Source: Bugula neritina (lineage: Eukaryota > Animalia > Bryozoa). From it: 19,822 bases of DNA. The stretch lies in the NCBI GenBank assembly GCA_964035545.1, contig CAXIUT010000045.1, forward strand, positions 1-19,822, in the 5' to 3' direction. This document shows positions 1 through 12,930 of this stretch, one piece after another; the stretch's first letter is position 1, and every line of letters begins with the position of its first letter. A model generated the notes under the pieces. It saw only the letters and a list, made by a program, of their open reading frames with translations, did not search any database and was not told the origin of the DNA. Both the position numbers and the translations under genes were made by a program.

Positions 1-76
1 CCCAACCCCAACCCCAACCCCAACCCCAACCCCAACCCCAACCCCAACCCCAACCCCAACCCCAACCCCAACCCCA
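1..76. repeat. Left telomere, (CCCCAA)n
   Basis: Perfect C4A2 tandem repeat at the sequence start; this is the Tetrahymena-type ciliate telomere repeat. Confidence 0.98.
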
Positions 77-108
77 GAATTATATATATTGTTATTTAAC
101 CTAACAGT

Positions 109-2006
109 ATGAACTAACATAAATAACTAGCCAGTCGTACTCCTCACAACAATTAGATAAAAAAAGATAAACTACAGATCTTGTCTGTCTTGTCATCTTT
201 GTCTCCTTTAGCGTTGTCATGCTCATCCTAGGACTCTACTGCTACTTTACGGGCTCTATCTCGAAATTTAATATTCCTTATGATCCAGACGGAAAAGGTT
301 GCGGAAGTGACTATCCAAATCATCAGTACATCTACTTTCCCTCACCATAATATGATGTAAAATGAGTATATATTAAGTCACTTTGGGTCACAACTTGTGT
401 CGCTAACTGTCCATCAGACGAAGGACAGACTGTAGATTGCAAAACCAACTCAATCGTACCTTCATGTCAATAGAACAATTCAGCACAGAATACAAAAGCT
501 TTCCATATTTATCCTACTTATTCATGTAAAAATAATAAAACTCAGTTAGAGGATCCGTATGTTTGCCAGCAGATGAAACAATCAGACAAAAGGTACTCGC
601 AGGTATCGGAGCACGTACTATCTAATAAATATTTGGATCTGTTATCAAAGATTGGTCTCTCTTCTTACTCATGGTACCAATTATACTAGTAATGATAGCT
701 ATCACTATCTTACTCATCAGACTCACTGCAGGTTATGTCATTTATATACTCTATGCCCTCTCAGTTTTAGCATTCATTGGATTTGGTCTCTACTTGATTG
801 TTCCAGGAGAAGATTCTCATTCTACATTTATCCTCAAAAAGAATAAAGTTGTTACAATACTCTGTGCAGTACTTAGCTTTTTATTAGCAATGATCATATT
901 CTGTGTCTTCTGTGCTTACAGAGGAAGAATCAAAACTGCTGTTACCTTCATTGATTCTTCTAATTAGTTCTTTAGAAATAATTATTCTATACTTATTTTA
1001 CCCTTAGTTTTAGTAGGATTTCTCATACTGTTTCTCTACTTTTGGATCTTTCTCACGCTTTCTTTCTATAGTGTCAGTATTCCTGTCCACGAACCTCAAC
1101 AAATACCTTTTCAGCATTTTAAACTAACTGCTCCTGTTGTTTGCGCACTAATAATTAACTTGTTCTACCTTATTTGGGGTGTTTTCTTCTTAATTCATAC
1201 TGGAAATTCAATTATATCAGGAACTGTTGTCAACTGGCAATACAAAAGATAAAATCCATATCTCATAGCATCAAAAAATTATCTTACTTCTCATATTGGA
1301 AGCGCTTGTCTAGGAAGTTTTCTCACAGCTCTTCTTGGACTCATCAAATTTTAACTTGACTAAGCTGATGTACTTATGTAGTAAGATAGTGTTCTCAAAG
1401 AGAAAGATAATAACAATAAAATAGATGCATTGACTGTTTGAAAAGATGCTATACCTGTTTATGTTGCTGTTGTATAGCATTTATATTTAAATGTTTCCAT
1501 CACGCAGCTTACTCATACCAAAATCTTACAGGCCTGCCTTACTGTCAATCATCAAGTGAAGTTTATGATCTAATACGAGTTCATCGATAAGAATGGAGCA
1601 TAATTGCCTTTTTATATCTCGTACCATCTTTTTAATATAGATTTTTGATCAATTCATTCCTCTAGCTCTCACTATAATCAATATTTTAATAGCCAATGCA
1701 CTAATAGGAAGTATATAGCTGTTTAAAGATAATACCTCTAATCGACTCTTAGTCTTTTTCATTGTAGGGATAGTTACCTATGCTATATCTCAATTTTTCA
1801 TTGGTATTTATTCAGAAACGATACAATCCTTGTTCGTTATAGAGGAATTTCATAATAATCTTCTTATTGATAAAGACAATCACCCTTTAGAACTTGAAGA
1901 CTTCATGCATGACGATAAATAAAAAAATCTATCAAAAATAGTTAGTCCCAGATAAAAAGTTGGAAGTCCCAGATATTCTCTTTTTCCTCAGAAAGATAAT
2001 CCTTGA
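109..2006 (+). CDS. Choline transporter-like (CTL/SLC44 family) membrane protein, about 598 aa
   Basis: ATG109 to TGA2004-2006 with TAA/TAG read as sense. Introns 137-156, 357-377, 526-545, 1370-1389 and 1621-1640 give a 1797-nt CDS. Motifs: RxTTDLVCLVIF, PYDPDGKGCG, CVANCP, RIKTAV, HIGSACLGS, Cys-rich CLKRCYTCLCCC, and many TM helices. Confidence 0.88.
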
Positions 2007-2036
2007 TATTTTAATTTATAAGTAATCTATTTTTAT

Positions 2037-4394
2037 TCAATCACTATGAATCTCCTTGAACTTGCTTCCAAATACCAATGATGTAATAGCCATCAACTTA
2101 ATCAAAATATTCAAAGCAGGACCTGATGTATCTTTCAATGGATCTCCTACAGTATCTCCTACGACTGCTGCTTTATGAATGTCTGTTCCTTTACGAACCA
2201 CATTACCAGCATCATCCTGCATAGCTCCACTTTCAATATATTTTTTTGCATTATCCCAAGCACCTCCAGTATTTGCAGCTGAAATAGCCATCTGAACTCC
2301 ACTAACGATTGCTCCAGGCAAAAATCCAGCCAATATTTTAGGACCAAAAGCCAAACCTAACACCAATGGACTCAAAATAACCTAAATATTAAGATTAATA
2401 CTAATAATCCAGGAGCAATCATCTCTTTTAGGGAAGATCTAGTTGATATTCTGATACAAGCTTTGTAATCAGGCTATGAAGTGCCCTCAATAATACCTGG
2501 ATCATTTCTAATTTGTCTTCTCACCTCCTCTACCATACCAAAGGCAGCTTTTCCGACTGATCTTATAGTGAAAGCTGAAAAAACGTAAGGCAACATAGCT
2601 CCTAGCATAAGTCCAGCAAAGATTTCGGGTTTAGTCATAGCGATATCTGAGGCAGCCTATCTTGTATCTAACTGCGCATTATGCAAGAATCCACCAAAAA
2701 GAGATAAAGAGACCAAAGCAGCTGATCCAATAGCAAATCCTTTACCAATAGCAGCAGTAGTATTACCAGCAGCATCTAGAGCATCAGTTCGACTTCTCAC
2801 TTCTTCACCCATATTAGCCATCTCAGAAATACCTCCAGCATTATCACTAATAGGTCCATAACCATCTATAGCCAAACTTAAAGGTAGATTAGACAACATT
2901 CCCAATGCTGACAAAGCAACTCCATAGTAACCTAAGAAGTTGTTTGAAACAAAGGCTGTAATAGCAATAAATATAGCTGGAATAAGAGTACTCATGTATC
3001 CAAGAGCAAGACCCAAAGTAACATTAGATGCTGGACCTGCTTTGCAAGTATCAGCTAACTCTCGAACTGGGCCATATGAATGAGAAGTGACAAATTAAGT
3101 GAAAGCTGCAATAATCATACCAGAAATCAGACCTAAAATAGAGCAGAGATAAGGTTTCCATCTTTATATGATGGTGCCTTCAACATCACCATTCAACTTG
3201 ATAGTTGAAAACTCAGGGAAGGAAAATACACATACGAGATATGTGATACCCAAAAGAGCGACTGTTGAACCAACGAGTTGCACTTTCAAAGTAGATTCAA
3301 TTTTATTGTTTGTATCAACTTTCATAACATAGATAGCCAGGATGCTAATGAGTAAGCAAACAATAATACCAATAGCAATGAGGACAAGAGGATACATCAA
3401 AACAGATAGATATCTATTACAAACTTACATTTTAGGATCATTTCCACCCATCAAAGTATCAGCTGAGATAACCAAAGCTGCACAAGTAGACTCAGCAAAA
3501 GAACCGAATAGATCAGCACTCATACCAGCAACATCTCCCACATTATCTCCCACATTGTCAGCAATAGTAGCTGGATTTTTTGGACTATCTTCAGGAAGAT
3601 CTTTTTCTACTTTTCCAACCAAATCGGCACCTACATCAGCTGCTTTAGTATAAATTCCTCCACCAACTCGTCCGAAAAGAGCCACAAAGGAACCTCCAAG
3701 ACCATACCCAGCAATAGCTTAGAATAACTTTTTATATCCTTCTTTATCTGATGGCATCTTTTAATCTCCATCATCATTGATAGCCTTGAAAATAAGAATC
3801 ATAAAAGTCAACACTAAATCTATTGATAAATACCTAAAAGTCCCAATGAAACAAGAGCGAATCCCATGGAACAACCAGCTCGATAGGCAACTCTAAAAGC
3901 AGGAGCGAGACCAATTCTAGCACAGAAGGTTGTTCTGAAGTTAGTTTGAGTAGCGATGACCATACCTATAGATCCACAAACGATTGAAATAATGGCTCCA
4001 ATAGCAAAAGCAAATGCAGTCATGATTCCTTCAGTAGTAAGGAAAGTGATAACAATGAACATCACTGCAACGAATATTAAACATATGAGATATTCTTGTT
4101 TAAGGAATTCAACAGCACCCTAAATAGTAATAAAAGTACATTTGCAATTTTATCTCCCAACTCAATAAGCAACTTTCTTTGATCATCAGAAATATTTTAA
4201 ACCAACTGGGTGGAAGAAGTAGTTTCAGCTGAAGCCACGTCAATTTGTCTGACTTTGATGAAATTAAAGATGGCCCAGAAAATACCCAGAAGACAACAGA
4301 TAATGATAATGATGATCGAAGTGGTGAAGTCAAATGAACCGTAGCAATCAGTGTTGTCTCCCTGAAGAGAGAACAAAGAAAGCCCCTCACTCAT
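2037..4394 (-). CDS. VP1: Vacuolar-type H+-translocating pyrophosphatase, K+-dependent (type I), about 765 aa
   Basis: Motifs [51 protein letters not shown] (Ala marks the K+-dependent type), GGAWDNAKK and [10 protein letters not shown]. Introns 4120-4139, 3814-3833 and 2382-2401 give a 2298-nt CDS ending at TGA. Confidence 0.96.
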
Positions 4395-4573
4395 ATTTAC
4401 CAAAGATTTATTATCAACTTTAATATTCAAATTTCATATTAAATCATCTTATTAATAAGTATTTAAATTAAATCATAGATATTGATCTTTATCGGGATGT
4501 TCTAGTCTTTTTGAAATAAAAATAAATCAATGATACTTGAGTGCGTGTTTGATGTTAAATTTTAATAATAAAT

Positions 4574-4579
4574 AAAAAA
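4574..4579 (-). terminator. RNA polymerase III oligo-T terminator of the tRNA
   Basis: TTTTTT immediately 3' of the tRNA on the minus strand. Confidence 0.65.
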
Positions 4580-4652
4580 TTCCCAATCCGGGGATCGAAC
4601 CCGGCCCGCCAGGGTGAAAACCTGGTATCCTAACCATATAGACTAATTGGGA
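4580..4652 (-). tRNA. tRNA-Glu (anticodon TTC)
   Basis: The reverse complement folds as a cloverleaf: acceptor TCCCAAT/ATTGGGA, D-loop TGGTTA, anticodon stem CCAGG/CCTGG with loop TT-TTC-AC, T-loop GTTCGAT. Confidence 0.95.
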
Positions 4653-4820
4653 GATGATAATATCTTCTACTCTCTTACTCTTATATTATTCAATTAATAT
4701 CAACTACCAACCTCATCCGCTGTTTTTATCCAAATCAACTCCATTATAAAACTATCAATTTAATGCCAATAATATATTTATCAATATAATAAACTTAAAA
4801 ATAAATAAAAATAAATAAAA

Positions 4821-7649
4821 TCATGAGCAACGATCAAACAATGGCTGTCCCTACCTACATCTCAAACACTGCTTAACATCATAATTAAATTCCAAACAAC
4901 GAAGATCAATTAATTCACAGATAAAGTTTTTAAGATAATACCCTTGCTTGCACTACGAACAATACACTCCACTATACTTGATGCAGTAAACATCAACTCC
5001 TAAGGCAGGATATATACAACTACCATCAGAATATATGTAGTTTTACTTGCATGTCAGACATCGTCCAGTTTTGAAAGAATAAGTCAAACAAAATTGTGAT
5101 ACCTGATAACATATTCCATCATTTGAATAAAAACCATTCTAACACACACTGCAGTAAGATTCATTCACTCCTATCCTACAAAACGGGATATTAAAGTTGT
5201 TTTTATCAGATTAATCATAGATGCACCTACCATCAGATATATTATATCCTTATTGACATTCCTAACACACTAAGTCAACTCTTTTCAAGCAAAGATCCAC
5301 ACTTTGACCAGAATTAATCACACAATTTCCATCTTGTAATGTATATCCTTGGTAACAAGAAGTGCAATCTCCATTTGATTGATTATAATTTTTACATAAA
5401 GGATTTACAATCCCACATACGCCCTACAACTAGATAAACCCTGAATAACACTATTGACATGATGATTCATTGGTAAATATTTTACAATTCGAATCAACTC
5501 CTTCCAAACTGCCATAATTGGTGCATTTTCCGTCCAATAAAAAATATCCTTTGATACACTTAGAACAAAAACCAGATAATTTGTTATATTATTTACAAGT
5601 CTATATTATTTTAACTGAGTTATCTTAGGGACTGAACCAAATTGTTTGCTATTTTTTAATACAAGTTCCATGGAAAAGATCAAATCCAGGAAAACAGGAT
5701 GTGCAATGTCCACTATATTTGTTATATGATCGACATAGTGGGTTAACTTTGAGGCAAATATTGTTTTTTAGATAATAAAATTTATTGCAAAAAGAACATC
5801 TACCTTTTCGATTGTATTGTCTACAGTTTTCTATTTTAGGAAGAAGTAAACATTGCCTATTCGATAAAACAAAACCAGGATAACATGACATACACTATCC
5901 ATTACTTTTATTATATACTTTACAATCTTTATTTGGTAATTTACAAAGATTATATTCCAAATAATATCCATCATAACATAGTAAACACACCTACTCATCA
6001 TATTTCTTACAATTTATATCAATTAGAGTAGATAACACACAAGACTGTCGACTCAAAACAGAATCAGATCTGCAATTCAAACATCTACCCGAGGAATCAT
6101 GAGATATACAGCCAGAAGGGAGGCTTTTATAACATTTGCCATTAGTGCTCAATATATAATTTGACATGCATTGAAGACACTAGTTGTCTCTGATAGAAAT
6201 ACAGGCATAGTGTTTACTGCCTTTGTTGTTGAGGCATCTTCCATTGATCAGTTTAAATTAAGTATAACAAACCACACATTTTCCATTAGATAAAAATATA
6301 GAACAATATTCAGGGATCTACACACATACGTCCAAAACTACAACAAAACCTATCTCGCATTGTCTACACTTCGGATACTAAGAATAACTATCATACAACA
6401 AACAGTGTTAGACAGTCTAATTAATCCTAAAACAACTATCAAATTTCATATAGCTATTCTAAATACATTTAAGACAATTTCCATCTCTATCAGCCTACAG
6501 ACAAAGTTCAGGAAGTTAACGACATGTATCCACAGAAGCATAGTACCCTGAACTACAAGAATAACAGATAGTATCAGAAGAGTTCAGACAATTAGGATCA
6601 TATAACAGACATCTATCACTGTTGTTGCTCAATTTATACAGTTACCTGCAAAGAAGACACTAATTATCAGTTTGATTTAGACAATAAGGATCTTTGCATC
6701 GACCTGAATCGATTTTGAAATATTTATGAATACAAGATAAACATTATCCTTTAGTGTTATAAGTCAAACAATATTAAGATACTTTTTAGCATGAGTAACC
6801 CTTTGAATAGAAGCGATCAGCACATCGAATACATTGTCCAGTTGGAGTAATATTCAAACAATTATCTGTAAAACCTACAAACAAGTATCATTCAGCAATT
6901 CATAATTGGTAAAACATTATTAACAATTTTAGCTTTAACTATTAAATAATTTACATCCCAAAGGCAAAATCTAACATTCATACATCTTATTCATATACTA
7001 CAAGTCAGTACAATGAGGAACAGGCACACATTTATTCCTTAACTCCTTAAAACCAGATTTACACAGCAAACACCCTTAGCTATCATATAAATAACAATTA
7101 TCTACTTTGTATTCTACTTTCGAACAACTAAAACCAACCAAATTATACCCTTTCGCACACATCTGACATGCCCCACTACCAACGTCAACTTTTGCACAAT
7201 TCCGACGAATATAAAAACATCTATTAGAACTCAATATATATCCAGATGGCAAGATTTACACGTCTAATTCTCATATTCCTAGCAATGAAGAGTACCCACA
7301 CATGATTTCGATTGAAGAATCGTTCCAAAAGAACATCTAGTGCACTCTTATTTTTTGTATTAAATACATCCACTATAATCTTTAACACATTTATTATCAA
7401 GTCTTTTGTATGTTGGCTGCATTTCATACATTCTGACCTTGAAAAACCAAAAAGAATACAATTATCTTCCCCTGATGTTTCAAAACATTTGCCATCAATG
7501 TTTAATTCATATCCTGACTTGCATGCTGTTGCATTTCCGTTCAGAATAATTGCAAACCAAGGCACCCAACTGAACAGCTTTGACTTAGATGTTTAAATGA
7601 AAACTAAGAGAGAGAAGAATAGTAGCAAATAGGGTATATTATAAGTCAT
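4821..7649 (-). CDS. Secreted/surface cysteine-rich CxxC-repeat (furin-like/growth-factor-receptor-like) protein, about 940 aa, with frameshifts in the 5' part
   Basis: ATG7649 is followed by a signal-peptide-like YLLLFFSLLVFI, then many CxxCxxG(Y/F)xLxxxxC repeats to TGA4821-4823. The frame is clean from about 6870 to 4821. Keeping the Cys pattern needs single-base shifts near 7585, 7560, 7530, 7418, 7248 and 6875. Confidence 0.8.
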
Positions 7650-7685
7650 AATATTATTAGTAAAATATTTAACTGTTAACTCTTC

Positions 7686-10238
7686 ATGTACACCTCTCCC
7701 CAATCAAAATAGTCAAACACATTGATATTCCCGACATCCAAACTCCTCTCCTCACCAAAAACACCAACCTAAAGCAATAAGAGCAAGAAAAAGATCAATT
7801 TTTGATAAAAACACGTATGTAAATTCAAAAACTCAAAGAAAGCTAACAGTACCAATCAGCTCTGAATAAAATAAACATGCTTATCAACAAATATCCAAAG
7901 ATATAAGAAGTTATCAACTAAAAGGATAAATAACTTTCTCTCTCAAGCACTTTCAAGAAGCGATAGATACTTATGACCAACTACTTGCCCTAACAACTAT
8001 TGAAGAAAGTGTTAAACTGACATCAAATCAAATGAAAATAAATAACTAAAATACACTAATCTAACTGAAAAGAATGAGAGCACTTTACTATTATAACAAA
8101 GGTTTATGTCCTGCAGAAGATGAATCAACATTCAAAGGCAGTTTAAAACTTTAAAAAGGCAAAATAATTAAATAAAAGTAAAACATAGATATATCTTTGT
8201 ATGGCTTAGAGTTATAGAAGTTTAAAAAATATGGATAAAGTTTATTAAATATATCAAAAAATAATAACAAATAATCCATAAAAAAGTTAATATCTATTCA
8301 AAATTATAAAAATATGTTCAGAATTAAAGACTATCAAACTATGCTTGCATTTATAGATAAAGGTTTACTATTTTGGCAAAACTAAGCCTTCAAAAGAAGT
8401 TAGAACTATAATTTAATAACTTATCTTAGTAAAGCTGACTGTCTAAGCAAACCTTCATAAATATTAATAAGCAATTCATTTCTATGTTCAAATATTATCT
8501 TTTTCATAGACAAATACATTAAAAATAAATAAAAATATACCATAAACTAGCTTTATGCTATGACTCTTTGGGCAATTTACCATTTTCCTAAACATACTAT
8601 CTTAAAATACTAGATATCAACGATAAATAATACAATACAATAAACAATCTAGCAAATTTGTATCTTCGTCAAAATAAATACTAAAAAGCATTAAATATCT
8701 TAAACAAAGCAATCATGAATATTCTAAAATAACAATCAACCCAATAGACAATTTTAACTCTCTTAAAATGCCATCGAGTAATATCACTAGTAAAACTAAA
8801 TTTAATAATCTAAGCAAGTCAAGATATAAAAGAATATAATATAGATTTCATAAAAAGGAAAGCTAAAATAAATAAAAGAAATAAAAGATTAGAATAACTA
8901 TCAATTTATCAAATCAATAATAAATAAAATACAAAAATAGCATAATCAACTAAACAAAATAAAATAAGATAGATAAGATAGATAAGATAGATAAGAAATA
9001 ATAAAAATATAAAAATAATTATTATGTTCTTTTACATAATAACTAAATAACTAAAAAAAACCTAATTAACATAAAGTAGATCTATAAAACTTATAAAATA
9101 GAATAGATCGTTTATACGGCTAATAGTAACACTCAAAAAGAAAACTTTATAACAACATTAATAAAATACCACAAAAGTACACAATAAAATCATATAAATA
9201 GAAAGCATAATCAATAAAAAATAATCAAATAATTGTATGTTTTAAACAGAATTGCAACAACTCAAATTAGAACATCATCAAATATATAATATGATTAAGG
9301 AATTTAAGAATTAATAAAAATATGGAAATTAGATGCAGTTGTCAATCAACTCCTACAATCTAATCAAAAAGATAAGGCGAAATATATACAATATATGTAC
9401 TGGATATTTAAATTCTTATTTCATGCGATTCGATTGATTGCTAATCAACTTGTAGTCAAAAATTAAAATAATATACATATCAGTAAAATATCTAAGTTTT
9501 TTCATAAATTCAAACAATCTTTTCTACTTGAGCAATATACCCAAAATAGGCACCATCTGCTAAACAGTTACAGCCATCATGAACATCTATCTAGATTAAT
9601 AAAGTGATATCATCTATAAAAGTTTAAATAAAATAATAACCAATAACTACTAACTCGAGAGAGATCTACAAACAGCTCTAGAACAATCACTAATCTATCT
9701 AGCAAAACAAAATTATATCTCATAAGCAATCAAACAACATAAAAACAACTGTATCGCTCAATAGATGAAAACACATGTGAAGGCTTATCAATGGTTCAAA
9801 GATAAAAAGAAAAAAGTTGTCAATAAAATATTCAAAATAGAACATGAATCACATTCATAATAAAAAATAATATAAGATCTTGTAGTATAAGATATCAGCA
9901 GTATTTTTGTCTATCTAGTAAAAAACAAAGTACTCTATTCACATCAAACCCAACAAAATAAATAACTCCTCAAAGAAGTCATTTAAAAGACACTGATCCA
10001 TAAACACAAATAAAAGCAAATCAACTAAATCTACAACAAATCAACAAATAAGTAGACATAGTACACCTAAGGATGCTCAAAATGTCTCATCTATCACACC
10101 ACCATTCCAAACCAGCCATTTCCATTTCTGATCAACCGCAACCAAATCATCGATTCCCTCATCGGTGATGCTATCAAGTAGAATAATACGGAGCTGTTTA
10201 TGGCACTTGTAGGACAACTTGATTTCAAAATGATATGA
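7686..10238 (+). CDS. TPR-repeat protein with coiled-coil C-terminal region; multiply frameshifted (sequence error or pseudogene)
   Basis: TPR-like segments YQLKGEITFSLKHFQEAIDTYDQLL, YYYNKGLC/LQKMNQHSKAVENFKKA, LHKYEEAIHFY, IYHKLALCYDSLG and NNLANLYLRQNKYEKALNILNKAI lie in different frames. The last frame ends at TGA10236-10238. The start (7686 or 7817) is uncertain. Confidence 0.6.
8964..8995 (+). repeat. Short 9-bp tandem repeat (ATAAGATAG) x about 3.5 inside the TPR gene
   Basis: Directly visible; reads EDREDREDRE in one frame if TAA=Glu. Confidence 0.7.
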
Positions 10239-10275
10239 TATTTGAATTTAGGCTGATAATAGTATCATTATTAAG

Positions 10276-12173
10276 ATGATAAATCTCATCAATGAGTAGT
10301 GTTAAATCAAGTACCAACCACCATAAATAGTCAACACCTAGACTCCTATCCCAACGCCAACCTGACCCTCTCCATCCTTGGAACACAATCTTCAGGAAAA
10401 AGTACACTTCTCAACAATGTCTTCAAATCAGATTTTCCTGTCCTTGATTCAAGTATACAAAGAGTCAGATGTACAAGAGGGGTATGGCTTAAAAATATCA
10501 ATAACATCAACATAATCGATACTGAAGGATTCGATTCCTTATAAAGAAATTAAAACTAAAAAATATTTTAAAAACAAATGAGTCTCTTCTGTGTTGTCAT
10601 CTCAGATATTATTCTCATCAATCTTTATACATATGAAGTAGGAAGATATTCTGGAGGACATCTTGACATACTGGAAGCTATCTTTAAAGTAGGAGAAAGA
10701 CTGGTAACTCCACATCAAAAGAAGATCATCTATATCATTAGAGATTGTCCATAAGATGCTGATCATAGCATTCTATCGAACTAACTTTCAAAATAGATTA
10801 ATTAATTATCTACAAAATACAAAAATAAACAACTAAAATATACAATAGAATACTATTTTATGAGTCACTACGACTACCAACTAGATTTATTCAAAAAATA
10901 AGCAACCAGATTACTCCCAATGATAACCATTAGACGAACATCAGCAATAAACAACTACAAATAGAAAGATAGAATAAAATATTTATACTAATTATGGCAA
11001 CAAATAAAAACATCAAAAAATTAGATAGATTTAAAATCAATAGATGATGCAATTAAAAATTATGTAATGGAAAGAATGAAAAATTAGATATTTAGTATTT
11101 TAGAAAAATAATTAGATAATTTAAAAGATCTTCAATCGATTAAATCGTATTAGAGATATATATCTTTTTTAAATCGATAAATCAAACATCATTTTTAAGA
11201 GAATAAACCCAAACATATAAAATAAAAATAATTAGTAGCTTATTGTAGTAAAGTTTTTACACAATTTGAACCTACAGCACTTAAACATTTCAATACTATT
11301 GCTCTTAGAAATATCGAAGAAGAATTATAAATGATGGTATAAAATTAAATAATAAAAAATAAAAAAAGTAAAAAACTGTCTCATCTTATCTTCAAAAAAA
11401 AGAAATAAGTCACATAAATATACAAAAAAGTCATCAACTAACATCAATAATACTCACTTTTGATCAAAAACTTTCACTAAAAAATGTCAGATATCATCAA
11501 CAGATAGGAACAAAGACTAAGTCACCTCTTCAGTCAGTTCTAGTTCACACTATAAAGAGAACTCAACCTCATTATCAACTAACATTCCAATTAACTCTCT
11601 TTCAAAAAATAAATTATCAATAAAAAAATAAAAGAACTCTGCAAAGAATATCAATACAACGAATGGTAAGTTGATTTCACTTCTATTTGGGAAAGAGTGA
11701 GCTATCGATGCATATAAAAGCTAATCCCATAAATCATCCAAAAATAATCAATCAAAAGCTGTTCGAATGTAGGTGTTATTTCAGGAGATCAAAGCACCAA
11801 CATCATCGCCAGACATACAAATTTATAAAAAAAAGCACTTGACTTCTGCAGAGATATACTCACATATTTACAATAATAAAATACTTATACACAACCTCTA
11901 AGTGAAGTTAAATAAATAGTCAGAGAATGTCTCAGCCAAAGACTAACATAAGAAGTACTTTTATATTAAAGTTAGAGAGCACGCTGGAAAATATCACTTT
12001 TGATCATTTCTATTTTACTTCTACTTCTCTATGGATAATTTGAAACTGCATTGGGCTTCATGTCTTTCAAAAAACGGAAAAGAAAGTTCTATGGAAGAAT
12101 ATACTTCTGGACAATGGTTGCTTTTCTAGGAGCAACATTATGGAAATAACTAAAAGATAGAAATAAAATATGA
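10276..12173 (+). CDS. SEY1: RHD3/Sey1 (atlastin-like) GTPase, about 625 aa
   Basis: G1 ILGTQSSGKSTLLNNVF, RCTRGVW, G3 IIDTEGFD, SDIILINL, IIRD, a helical middle and two C-terminal hydrophobic segments. Intron 10311-10330, plus a possible 21-nt intron 11955-11975. TGA12171-12173. Confidence 0.85.
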
Positions 12174-12212
12174 TTTATAAAATAGATTTTCATGTGATAA
12201 AATAGTAATGAA

Positions 12213-12871
12213 TCAATTTCTAAGACCGACTTGCCAAGCAAGTGAAGGAAGTGAAACTTGTCCTCTTCCTCTGATTTTGGTAAAAGTAGATAAAAATCCA
12301 TAATTTTTATTTTTCAATATATTTTCTGTATATCCATTTTGTCTATGAGCTCCATCAAGACCGTCTTAGAAATCACTATCAGCTACAGTTTTTATTTTTT
12401 TGTTAGATTCCTATATATTAAATGATTTACTTTTTTTAGAAATTTAGCTGTTTTTCCTCTACTTTTAAAAGGAAGACAATCGAAATCTTTTTATTGCTTA
12501 TTTATATCAGTATCTGTAATATTCTTTCTCAAAGATGTATAGAAATTTATTTGTTCTTCTGTATTATGTACATGATCTTTTCCTTTCAAAAACACATGTT
12601 CGAATTCATTCGGAATCACCTTCTATTTCCTTTTCTCTTGTTATTTCTGATGCTTGAACTAATTAGATTTAGTTGTTTTGAAAAAGACTTCAGGAGGTGC
12701 TGTTTATCTATTATCTACTTTTTTAGGTTCTCCATTATCTCGTAAATTTATCACCCAAACCAACCCATTTTCAGTCATCATGCTATTCTTTATCAAATGT
12801 CGAAACTAAGTAACATTTCTAGCCATGAAATTTGTTGGACTTTTCTTAGAATTTTCCTTTCGATTCTCCAT
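12213..12871 (-). CDS. Hypothetical protein, about 212 aa, with three (W/F)xxxLR motifs
   Basis: ATG12871, one 20-nt intron 12411-12430, TGA12213-12215; 639-nt CDS with no internal TGA. Confidence 0.7.
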
Positions 12872-12930
12872 TAGTTATAATAGAAGATCTATAAATAATA
12901 TCATTCTATCATCATAAACTCATTAAATTA

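Noticed and set aside
3414-3428. 15-nt GT-AG intron candidate in the H+-PPase
   Set aside because: The frame is open without it, the length is atypical and it lacks the -6 A.
4580-4652. Suppressor tRNA for TAA/TAG
   Set aside because: The anticodon reads TTC, an ordinary Glu anticodon.
7819-7838. 20-nt GTA..AG candidate that could fix one TPR frameshift
   Set aside because: It has T, not A, at -6, and splicing it would destroy the TPR-like QYQSALNKINMLINKYP segment.
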